From Escherichia phage LorandFenyves_Bas91: a stretch of 64,000 nt of DNA. Below are positions 54,712-62,223 of the stretch, in pieces (within the stretch, counting starts at the first letter, position 1; the number at the start of each line of letters is the position of its first letter). Position numbers and translations under genes: made by a program. A model generated the notes under the pieces. It did not search any database and was not told where the DNA came from. It was given only the letters and a program-made list of their open reading frames with translations. The stretch is taken from the sequence record PQ850614.1; one strand, given 5' to 3'.

Positions 54712-55101
54712 TTATTCCCTAGAGCTATTATCGAACACTAAATCACCACAATACATAGGATTGGCATACCATTTTGGCACCCCTTCGCTCTTACTCTGAA
54801 AGTAAGTCCCACTATAAAGCGGAACATAATTCTTCGTAAGGGCACGTTTAGCTAGCCGCTCGCTTTCTCCAATGGCTTGCTTAGTCATCGGATTTTTATC
54901 ACGAATCAGCTTTACATAACGTTTATAAGGTTTCTCCTGTTTTAATAGTACCGAAATCCACTCAAACTGGTTCTTTTGTCTTATCACCTGTTCAGCGGTC
55001 AGTTTTCGTTGGGCCATTCTATTTATCACGGTATCCGCAACTAAAGCCTTACATGCGGTTGGCTGATTCCCTGCCTCATAATAAATAGTCAATGTCAACA
55101 T
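54712..55101 (-). CDS. cell-wall hydrolase, SleB/Hydrolase_2-like
   Basis: IYYEAGNQP...ALVADTVINRM...VIRQKNQFEW pattern. The start is uncertain because the only strong SD (AGGAGG) lies 30 nt upstream of the ATG. Confidence 0.65.
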   Translation of the reverse strand: MLTLTIYYEAGNQPTACKALVADTVINRMAQRKLTAEQVIRQKNQFEWISVLLKQEKPYKRYVKLIRDKNPMTKQAIGESERLAKRALTKNYVPLYSGTYFQSKSEGVPKWYANPMYCGDLVFDNSSRE

Positions 55102-55149
55102 TAGCTGTGCCGTTGTTATCAGAACTTGATACCTCCTGTTTTACGGGCA

Positions 55150-55176
55150 TAAAAAAGCCCCAGCCGTAGCCGGGGC
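55150..55176 (-). terminator. intrinsic terminator
   Basis: Minus strand GCCCCGGC-tacg-GCTGGGGC followed by TTTTTT. Confidence 0.65.
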
Positions 55177-55237
55177 AAACCTGAAAGCAACACATGACCG
55201 TTGCTATAAATACACTCGCAAATGCACTTATAGCAAC

Positions 55238-55262
55238 GCAAAAAGCCGCTCAAAGGCGGCTA
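55238..55262 (-). terminator. intrinsic terminator
   Basis: Minus strand AGCCGC-ctttga-GCGGCT followed by TTTTT. Confidence 0.65.
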
Positions 55263-55306
55263 TGCGGAAGCTTCAAATGGGGAGAGGGCACGACGCTACA
55301 GAAAGA

Positions 55307-55324
55307 GCGTCATAGTACTAAAAG
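55307..55324. repeat. 18-mer GCGTCATAGTACTAAAAG, copy 2 of 2
   Basis: Identical to 48053-48070. It lies 18 nt 3' of the stop of 55342..55785. Confidence 0.6.
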
Positions 55325-55341
55325 AGGGGGCTATATTCCTA

Positions 55342-55785
55342 CTACTTAACCCTTGCCTCTTTGATGGGGTCAATGTATTTTTCAACGCCCCACTTGTGTT
55401 TACTATCTGCGTAGAAAACATCAGGTGCACACTGGCTTGTCTTAGGGAAAGCCTGCGGGTCTTTCGTGCTACCCTTAAACTTCTGTTTACCACGGGTGCG
55501 ACCATTACAGAAGATTTCTAACTTCTTCTCTTCTTCTGTTTTAGCGCCCCCGCTCTGTAACAAAGAACGTTTATGATCAGCTAATAACAACGCATCAGCA
55601 CGATGGACACGATGGCCTACACGTTTTGCCACACTGGAAGGAACATGGGATTCAGCCTCAGCCTTTGCAGCACGACGTTTTAAACTACGCTTACTAACGT
55701 GATTAGCTGCCTTCGGTTTCTCTTTCTCTAGTTCAGAGATAGCAAAACAACGCCCGCCCTTCATGCTGATTTTAGATTTAGCCAC
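55342..55785 (-). CDS. basic hypothetical protein (147 aa, GTG start)
   Basis: AGGAA RBS before the GTG. Lys/Arg-rich. Confidence 0.6.
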   Translation of the reverse strand: MAKSKISMKGGRCFAISELEKEKPKAANHVSKRSLKRRAAKAEAESHVPSSVAKRVGHRVHRADALLLADHKRSLLQSGGAKTEEEKKLEIFCNGRTRGKQKFKGSTKDPQAFPKTSQCAPDVFYADSKHKWGVEKYIDPIKEARVK

Positions 55786-55808
55786 AATCTTATTCCTTTT
55801 AGTGATAA

Positions 55809-55838
55809 ATTATATCGGGCAAGCCCATCAAGGTGACA
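55809..55838 (-). promoter_or_regulatory. sigma70-type promoter candidate (perfect -10)
   Basis: Minus strand TGTCAC-N18-TATAAT, about 25 nt before the GTG of 55342..55785. The -35 is weak. Confidence 0.35.
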
Positions 55839-55854
55839 GGCTTGAACAAATAAC

Positions 55855-56064
55855 TTAATCGAGTAAACTAAATGACTTCCAACTGCGTAGCAGGATTGTA
55901 CCATCATCCATAGCCACGCATAACTTTAACAGCTTCTTGTTAGCACTACTCACCGTTGTAATTCGTCCGGTTGTACATTTACCTTTATTGCTATAAAGAT
56001 ACACTACACGACGACCTAACAGACGAGAGGGAGCTTTCTTAAACTCTGAAATATTAGTGATCAT
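55855..56064 (-). CDS. hypothetical protein (69 aa)
   Basis: Track ORF. Confidence 0.55.
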   Translation of the reverse strand: MITNISEFKKAPSRLLGRRVVYLYSNKGKCTTGRITTVSSANKKLLKLCVAMDDGTILLRSWKSFSLLD

Positions 56065-56285
56065 AATGCTTGATACCTTTGAATATGTTCAATACGGGTG
56101 GATTGAGCAAATGACGCTTTAACAGCCATTTTCCTAACTTCTTCTTTACGCTGGTTAGTGTGTACAGTATCCCAATGATTGTTATCACGTTGGCGCTGTA
56201 ATATCTTACTACATTTGCGATGGTTTCCCGTGCTGCGATGTTTCTCGCAAATAGGACACTTGCCAAAATTATTACTGAATATCAT
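56061..56285 (-). CDS. small zinc-binding basic protein (74 aa)
   Basis: CPICEKHRSTGNHRKC. Chosen over the overlapping 56054..56266 frame. Confidence 0.5.
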   Translation of the reverse strand: MIFSNNFGKCPICEKHRSTGNHRKCSKILQRQRDNNHWDTVHTNQRKEEVRKMAVKASFAQSTRIEHIQRYQAL

Positions 56286-56509
56286 TTTCTCAATCCCAAC
56301 TTTCTTAAGATACGGCCTAACGTTGTTTCTTGCGTGATAATATAGCTGATCGCTTCACGTTCCAATGTTTCAATCTTCATTGGTGACGGATACCATTCAC
56401 CGGTAATAACACATTTACATTCAACGCCATACTTTTTAGATAGGCGGTAATGTTGACCGTTGACAAGATTCCGATAAATCGTGGTATGCGTAATTAACAT
56501 GATCATCAC
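56282..56509 (-). CDS. hypothetical protein (75 aa)
   Basis: Track ORF with a 4-nt overlap downstream. Confidence 0.55.
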   Translation of the reverse strand: MMIMLITHTTIYRNLVNGQHYRLSKKYGVECKCVITGEWYPSPMKIETLEREAISYIITQETTLGRILRKLGLRK

Positions 56510-56552
56510 CTTTGATTAGATTCTTTGATTAATGCACTGAATCAATGCACTG

Positions 56553-56590
56553 ATAAAAGAAAAGGCGCTACCCGTTAAGATAGCGCCTTA
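56553..56590 (-). terminator. intrinsic terminator
   Basis: Minus strand AAGGCGCTA-tcttaacgg-TAGCGCCTT followed by TTCTTTT. Confidence 0.65.
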
Positions 56591-56611
56591 TGTTTATTCA
56601 AATTGTCTTAC

Positions 56612-57511
56612 TTATGCCGCCTGACGTGCCGCCATAATTTCAGCCGCTTTACGCAATACTTCTTCCTCTTCTGCTTTCGCCGCTTGTTCGGTACGGGTAG
56701 CAACCGTTGAAGAGATACGACCGCGCAGACTTTCTAACTTCTCCTGCATAGCTGCAACAGTCTTTTCCATTTCATCAGCATATGAATCGAGTGATTCTAA
56801 TTCCTTGCTTGATGCGTTCATCAGGTAGTTATCAGAGATCGCTACCGTTGAGGCCGTGACTTTCTTGATGAGTGAATCAAAGGACTTTTTAACCTTGCCT
56901 ACTTCTTCACTTAAGGCAATGGTGTTATCACTAGTTGCGCCGTTGCGCTCATCAGCCAGTAATTTGGCTTCAATACGGATTGCATTCAAGCGTTCAACCA
57001 AAGCGTAAATATCTTGGTTAAAATCTTCCTTGTTTTTCGCCGGAATTTGCAGGTGTGCCGCCACGTTGTCATTACAACCCTTGTAAAAGTTAGGATTATC
57101 GACTTCAATTTCACGGCCTAAAGCAAAGTTTTCGAAAGCGTTTGACCAGCGAGCGCGGTTTTGTTCCATTTTGGTTTTAATTTGCGCTTCTTTCGCGTCT
57201 TCTTTAGCTTTCGCCTCACCTTCCAGATTAATCCACTTTTTACGACCATTTGCCGCATCGGTGTTAAACTTGATAGGAGTTAAGAAAGTAATTGCGGTAG
57301 CGATAACATCCATATCACGGAAACGTTCGGTTAACAGGAAGTCAACCGCCGCCTGCAATACATCTAACTTCTTACCATTACTGCGGAAGTGCTGTAAGTG
57401 CCCTAACAGGAAGTTAGAAACATCTTGTTTGATCGCCGCGTTATTGCTACGAATGTTGTTAGCCAGTGCATTAAAACCGGATTCGTTAACCAGAGTAAAG
57501 ATTTTAGCCAT
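56612..57511 (-). CDS. early protein, helical/coiled-coil (299 aa), function unknown
   Basis: Start taken as ATG 57511 (AAAGGTG RBS). First gene downstream of the promoter-rich ORF-free tract. Confidence 0.65.
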   Translation of the reverse strand: MAKIFTLVNESGFNALANNIRSNNAAIKQDVSNFLLGHLQHFRSNGKKLDVLQAAVDFLLTERFRDMDVIATAITFLTPIKFNTDAANGRKKWINLEGEAKAKEDAKEAQIKTKMEQNRARWSNAFENFALGREIEVDNPNFYKGCNDNVAAHLQIPAKNKEDFNQDIYALVERLNAIRIEAKLLADERNGATSDNTIALSEEVGKVKKSFDSLIKKVTASTVAISDNYLMNASSKELESLDSYADEMEKTVAAMQEKLESLRGRISSTVATRTEQAAKAEEEEVLRKAAEIMAARQAA

Positions 57512-58336
57512 AATATTCACCTTTCAATTGTAAGGGCGCTATTGCCCCGCTCTCTATGAGCTTGTTTAAGTCACTATTAACTTATCTCTAACCACTCACT
57601 TTTTAAGTAGTTACAGGTAAGCGAGGCGGTCTTATCAGGAGTTAACCTTGCCGCCTCCTTATCCGTGATGTTTCATCTGGTATCTTTAATTAGTCGCTAT
57701 AAACGAAGCCGACCTGATAGCGATGATCAATCATCACAATAAGGCAGTGCGTCCGACTCTAATTAGTTACGTTATTGTAACCGTCGGCAATATCGTTTAC
57801 TTTGCTTTCGCTCTCGCCTATCCTTTTGTATCAACTCTCAATCGCTAGTCATCGCCCACTACGGGATACTATTGCGAAAGAGTCATTGACCGTCTAATGT
57901 TCCGACGTTTTATATCTTTCGGCAAGTTTACTACATAAACCGACTATGTACTTTCATCATAAGATGAATCTCAAGCCGTTCACATCGTAAACGTTCACAC
58001 TAAACCTTATTGTTAAATAGCAATTTGCCACTTTTTAACCACTCCCCGCCGCTCTCAATTGAGCGTTAATTCGTCGGGATTGCCTACCCTGATTAACTTC
58101 TTTCACCGTAGCACCGTTTTAGCGATGACCGCCGCTACCCTTAACCGTGGGCGATTAGCTTAAGTCTTTGCGTGTACTCGATGAATCCGTTTTATCAGTG
58201 GTGACGTTTCCAGTAAGGGAATGTAAGATTGTTTTCTCTGATAGTTTAGAGAATCTTACACCGTTTTATCTGGTATGTTATCTGATGGTTATTATCATCT
58301 AACATATTCAACCGATATAGGAGAATGTTTAAATTA

Positions 58337-58347
58337 TTAAAGAGCGG
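58337..58347. repeat. TTAAAGAGCGG 11-mer, copy 1
   Basis: Same 11-mer at 58568-58578 and 58987-58997. The variant TTAAAGAGCTGG is at 58879-58890. Confidence 0.6.
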
Positions 58348-58433
58348 TAAATCTGTCAGTGTGCTTTCTCACACTACGCAACTGTTAGCCGTTGTTACGC
58401 TTTCCTTAAGCGGTGATTTGCTTAAGTGTGCTC

Positions 58434-58462
58434 ATTATGAATCATGTTGTTTTCGCTGTCAA
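58434..58462 (-). promoter_or_regulatory. strong sigma70-type promoter (early)
   Basis: Minus strand TTGACA-N17-CATAAT followed by GAGCA. Near-identical core to 58920-58948. Confidence 0.65.
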
Positions 58463-58567
58463 CCACTTTTTTAATCTTTTTCGTCGTTCCCGCTATTGGG
58501 AGGATATATCAATCAGCTTTATTTGATTGAAGACTAAGCGGTGATGCTTATCTTATGATTCATATTG

Positions 58568-58578
58568 TTAAAGAGCGG
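58568..58578. repeat. TTAAAGAGCGG 11-mer, copy 2
   Basis: Exact repeat. Confidence 0.6.
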
Positions 58579-58591
58579 TTACTACATTTAC

Positions 58592-58619
58592 AGCTTAACA
58601 CATCGTGTTAGCTTGTCAA
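58592..58619 (-). promoter_or_regulatory. sigma70-type promoter candidate
   Basis: Minus strand TTGACA-N16-TAAGCT, with TG two nt upstream of the -10. Confidence 0.4.
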
Positions 58620-58878
58620 CTCTTTTTATCATCTTCTTTTAATTCCTTTCCCTTGTCTCGCGTGAATCTATGCGAAAGGGCAAGATGATAAGTCTGATTT
58701 GTCTTTTAGGAATCTAGTGCGCTTTCAAGCATTGACCATTTGAAAGTATCGAACAAATGAGGCTTATTTTGTTGCTCATCGTCCGCCTGTTCACGTATGA
58801 ATCAGGAATCAATTCTAGTGGTCAACTAAGCGCCTTATAGTAATGACGTTCCCGCCACCTGTAAGACAAATCATATTT

Positions 58879-58890
58879 TTAAAGAGCTGG
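58879..58890. repeat. TTAAAGAGCTGG variant of the 11-mer, copy 3
   Basis: One-nt insertion variant. Confidence 0.5.
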
Positions 58891-58919
58891 ATGTTTCACG
58901 TCATCGCTGACTTATGCTC

Positions 58920-58948
58920 ATTATGTATCAGGCTTTTTCTAGTGTCAA
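58920..58948 (-). promoter_or_regulatory. strong sigma70-type promoter (early)
   Basis: Minus strand TTGACA-N17-CATAAT followed by GAGCA. Confidence 0.65.
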
Positions 58949-58986
58949 TACTCTTTTTCAAGTATTTTCACTTTCTAGCCTGATTT

Positions 58987-58997
58987 TTAAAGAGCGG
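58987..58997. repeat. TTAAAGAGCGG 11-mer, copy 4
   Basis: Exact repeat, about 40 nt upstream (minus sense) of the 58943 -35 box. Confidence 0.6.
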
Positions 58998-59045
58998 GGC
59001 AATTTCTTGCCTTGTATGTTTTACATCGTACCCGATGAAATGAAG

Positions 59046-59054
59046 TATACATTA
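59046..59054 (-). promoter_or_regulatory. TAATGTATA box at the head of the ORF-free tract
   Basis: Exact 9-mer on the minus strand, between the 59230 terminator and the sigma70-type promoters. Confidence 0.4.
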
Positions 59055-59229
59055 ATCAGATGAGGTTGCAATAGGGTAAAGCAAATTATTTTAAACTTTT
59101 TTTGAAAGGTGGGAAGTATAAGAGAATGCGCGCGGGATAACATACGCAAAACAGGCTGTAAATCACTTTCTAACGTCCTGTAAGCCATTCTAACGAGCTA
59201 AAAGGGAGTAAGGTATACAATCACCTTAG

Positions 59230-59258
59230 AAAAGAAAAAAGCCTCATAGTGAGGCTTA
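59230..59258 (-). terminator. intrinsic terminator
   Basis: Minus strand AAGCCTCA-cta-TGAGGCTT followed by TTTTTCTTTT. Confidence 0.65.
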
Positions 59259-59333
59259 TAGGAAGGATTTAAAGCATCAGATAAATTATGACCATAGGCA
59301 TGACTACGGCACAATAAAGAAGAAAGATTAAGC

Positions 59334-59699
59334 CTATGGATTTACACATTGACCGTTACCGGATGCCATTTCATTCATGGACTCATCAAAGAGCGTCAAC
59401 GATGAGCGCATCAAGTGATCCACCGTAATTTGTTTACCGGTAGTTTCATTTACCAGTTGAATAGTTTTAGCGTATGATTGTACATGTTCAAAATCATCAA
59501 CATGCAAAATAATAACTTTAGGTGACTGTTTACCAGTTTCATAGTTTTCTATCAAATAGGTGCACTGTAAACCGTCAACCATATCAGGGGAGAATGTTGC
59601 AGCCTTTACACTACCCATAGCCGATAGCAGGACACCTAACAGGAGAACAACCAGAAAGAAGCCTACAACCGTTTTAACGACGAATTTAATAAACCACAT
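59334..59699 (-). CDS. membrane-anchored/exported early protein (121 aa)
   Basis: N-terminal hydrophobic anchor VVGFFLVVLLLGVLLSAMG. Confidence 0.6.
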   Translation of the reverse strand: MWFIKFVVKTVVGFFLVVLLLGVLLSAMGSVKAATFSPDMVDGLQCTYLIENYETGKQSPKVIILHVDDFEHVQSYAKTIQLVNETTGKQITVDHLMRSSLTLFDESMNEMASGNGQCVNP

Positions 59700-59794
59700 A
59701 GCAATAAACCTTTAGTTAGAAAACGTAAGAATACATCATATCAGTAATGAACAGCAGGAAGGTCGCACCAAACAAGCAACGCCAAAAATAATCA

Positions 59795-60073
59795 CTATTC
59801 ATCGTTGCTATTCTCGCCAAAAAATGCTACGCTAATCTGTTCCACTTCTTCCAGCGACAGGAGAATCCCGCGTTGGGCTAAATACTTCCCAACAGTTAGA
59901 TAATCTTGCACTAAGCAGACAATAGGAAAGCGGATAGTTTGTATCTCACCTTTGGAAAGAAAAGACAAATAACCAACGTCGGTTGATTCATCAAAGGATA
60001 GTGTAACGCCACCGTAATTATGCGTAGCAATTAACGCAATAGTTTCATTTCCCATAACGTTTCCAATCCTCAT
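59795..60073 (-). CDS. hypothetical early protein (start uncertain; alternative ATG 60055)
   Basis: Track ORF that overlaps the upstream gene end. Confidence 0.5.
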   Translation of the reverse strand: MRIGNVMGNETIALIATHNYGGVTLSFDESTDVGYLSFLSKGEIQTIRFPIVCLVQDYLTVGKYLAQRGILLSLEEVEQISVAFFGENSNDE

Positions 60074-60266
60074 AATGATTAACTAGTGCCTGATAATCGT
60101 CAGATGATAACTCACCGCCTAAATAGGCAACGGTTATGCGTGCTTTGTATTCTGACAAACTGCATAGCGCGGGAGCGGATAACCTGCTTTCGCCATAACA
60201 TCCTAGCACTTCAACGATACAACCGTTTAAAGATACTGATTTATTAATCACGATATGGTTAGCCAT
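60045..60266 (-). CDS. hypothetical early protein (73 aa)
   Basis: Start moved to ATG 60266 (AAGGA RBS), which overlaps the upstream stop. Confidence 0.55.
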   Translation of the reverse strand: MANHIVINKSVSLNGCIVEVLGCYGESRLSAPALCSLSEYKARITVAYLGGELSSDDYQALVNHYEDWKRYGK

Positions 60267-60522
60267 TAATATCATCCTTAATTAGCCCATGATTGAGCAG
60301 GTTAGCCAGTGATAAGCCACCGTCAAAATAAACAGAACGAAAATCAGCGCGGGTAATTTCAAGGCCAGCAAACTTCAACCAGTTTTTAGCTGATTGAAAA
60401 TCCATTTTGCAAAAAGTAATAATAGGAACAGTAAGCTGACCATCGAGCGTATTAAACATAATAGCGGTATCGCCAATAAAACAAGAAAAGCCACTAGATA
60501 ATCTAATTTCTTTAATAGCCAT
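60259..60522 (-). CDS. hypothetical early protein (87 aa)
   Basis: GGGAG RBS. Confidence 0.55.
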   Translation of the reverse strand: MAIKEIRLSSGFSCFIGDTAIMFNTLDGQLTVPIITFCKMDFQSAKNWLKFAGLEITRADFRSVYFDGGLSLANLLNHGLIKDDING

Positions 60523-60558
60523 TATTTATACTCCCAAAAGATTGGCAAATTAATTTAT

Positions 60559-61431
60559 TCACTTACTAGCCTTAATACAGTTGGCTAAATTAACGTGAAC
60601 GGTATAAACAGCGTTATCAGCGTTATTGTAAACAGTCGTGGCGATCATCGACTCATTGATCGGGCCATAGCTAACAAGGTTAGTAACGGCTTTAACGTCT
60701 TCATAACGTTGTACAGTGCCGAAAGTCACCATATCCGCATCGTTATCAGTACGCTTAAGCACTAAATCACTGTTAGGCTGATTATCTAACGTTTTAGATT
60801 GAAAGAGAACGCCATCATTAGTAACGTTGCTAAATTTCATCTTTAGCACGATATTATTGCCGTCACTATCCGCACCGTTGCAAATCATCCAACCCTTATT
60901 GATGGAACTAGAGAAGACACTAGCGGCATCAGTTGCAGGAGCAGGACTAGCGATAGCCTTATCAGAAAGAGATGTGACCAGTGCACTAACACCAATAGCT
61001 GCAACCAGTGCATAACTTGCCAGATTAACAGACTTCATAATCTTACTTGCAACAGTAGGCTTGATTGGCTGTTTCTTGTTTTTCTTATTCCATGCTTCAA
61101 CCATGACAGACAAGCGGGATAATTCAGCTTTCACATCGCGGCATGACTCAGGCCAATCCTTCTGATTCCAGCTATCTAAATTTGCTTGAATGTAGCAATT
61201 AATAGCGTCCTGCATATCGGTAAAACCGTTCTCTTTGAACGTGCTTTCATCTTCACACTGTAAAGCGTTCGCAGTAGAGTTAATGATCAAGCAAGCCAGC
61301 ATTACAGAGTTTTTGAATCCTTTACGTGCACTTTCGTTTTCCATCCACGCATCAGGACTACCAACGGTTAAGCCTAAAGAGGAAAGGCTTTCGTTTGCTT
61401 TGTTCAAGTGGTTAATTGCTACTTTAGACAT
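60559..61431 (-). CDS. bitopic membrane early protein (290 aa)
   Basis: GAAGGAA RBS. Helical N-terminal domain, central TMD LASYALVAAIGVSALVTSL, and a beta-type C-terminal domain. First gene after the 61476-61503 promoter. Confidence 0.65.
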   Translation of the reverse strand: MSKVAINHLNKANESLSSLGLTVGSPDAWMENESARKGFKNSVMLACLIINSTANALQCEDESTFKENGFTDMQDAINCYIQANLDSWNQKDWPESCRDVKAELSRLSVMVEAWNKKNKKQPIKPTVASKIMKSVNLASYALVAAIGVSALVTSLSDKAIASPAPATDAASVFSSSINKGWMICNGADSDGNNIVLKMKFSNVTNDGVLFQSKTLDNQPNSDLVLKRTDNDADMVTFGTVQRYEDVKAVTNLVSYGPINESMIATTVYNNADNAVYTVHVNLANCIKASK

Positions 61432-61475
61432 TTGATATTCCTTCTGGTTGATGAAAACTACAAACTACACTCGCA

Positions 61476-61503
61476 ACTATATATTAAAGGAAAAGGCTGT
61501 CAA
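61476..61503 (-). promoter_or_regulatory. strong sigma70-type promoter (leftmost early promoter in transcription order)
   Basis: Minus strand TTGACA-N16-TATAGT, 45 nt before ATG 61431. Confidence 0.65.
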
Positions 61504-61646
61504 CCATTTATTTTCTAACTTTCTTGCATCCTACTGAAAACTAAAGGAATTTAATTTACTAAACTTTCTATACTCAGGGTATCAGCTTACTAGCTATTGT
61601 TACTTTATAACACCAATTCTACGGGCAGCAGACCAACAGACCAGGA

Positions 61647-61683
61647 CACGGGGAGCATACAACCGCAGGACAGACCACGGGGA
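61647..61683. repeat. two CACGGGGA repeats (iteron-like)
   Basis: ACGGGGA at 61648-61654 and 61677-61683, with the same orientation as the 62037-62070 copies. Confidence 0.6.
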
Positions 61684-62035
61684 AATATAGCAAGATAGTG
61701 CGGTAATAATATACCACTTAAATAATTGTATAACTCAAACATCAAAGACGTTCGTACTTCGTACTCACAAAGGCACGCTGAAAAAGAAAGTAATAAAAGA
61801 AACAATTAAAAGAAATACAATCATCCACTTAATTAATACATATATCATTATTGCACTCATAATCATTACTATTGAAACTATTATCAACGTAACTATGGGG
61901 AGCTGAACGGTAACAATACGGTATTATTAGACCTGTTATTATCACGCCTTAACAGACCGTTATCAGAGTATAGCCTTTCTCTCACTCTTTAAAGGGGAAC
62001 TAAATAAACGGGTAGCTAATGTATTGGGTAGTATA

Positions 62036-62070
62036 CACGGGGAAATAATTACGGGGAGTAGGCACGGGGA
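62036..62070. repeat. three (C/T)ACGGGGA repeats spaced 13-14 nt (iteron-like)
   Basis: ACGGGGA at 62037, 62051 and 62064. An AT-rich ~300-bp tract separates them from the 61648/61677 pair. Confidence 0.6.
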
Positions 62071-62223
62071 ACGCTGGAACGTTGAAAGGGAAGGTAAAGG
62101 CATTGCCAATAACCCTTTTTTAAATGAGGACTCCCCCTTTTTAGGAAACGCGCGGCGAGCGGCTAGCCCCATTAGGTCAAATCAGAATTTTAAACTCTTA
62201 TATATAAGGTTGAAAGAGAACTT

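Noticed and set aside
58797-58825. Fourth sigma70-type promoter (TTGACC at 58820-58825 on the minus strand).
   Set aside because: No acceptable -10 hexamer at 16-18-nt spacing. The CATAC-like element lies 20 nt away. Probably a degenerate copy of the promoter unit.
57521-59333. Whether the repeated motifs in the ORF-free tract form a CRISPR array.
   Set aside because: The repeats are only 9-11 nt, irregularly spaced (about 110-310 nt) and not flanked by uniform spacers. Several coincide with promoter units.
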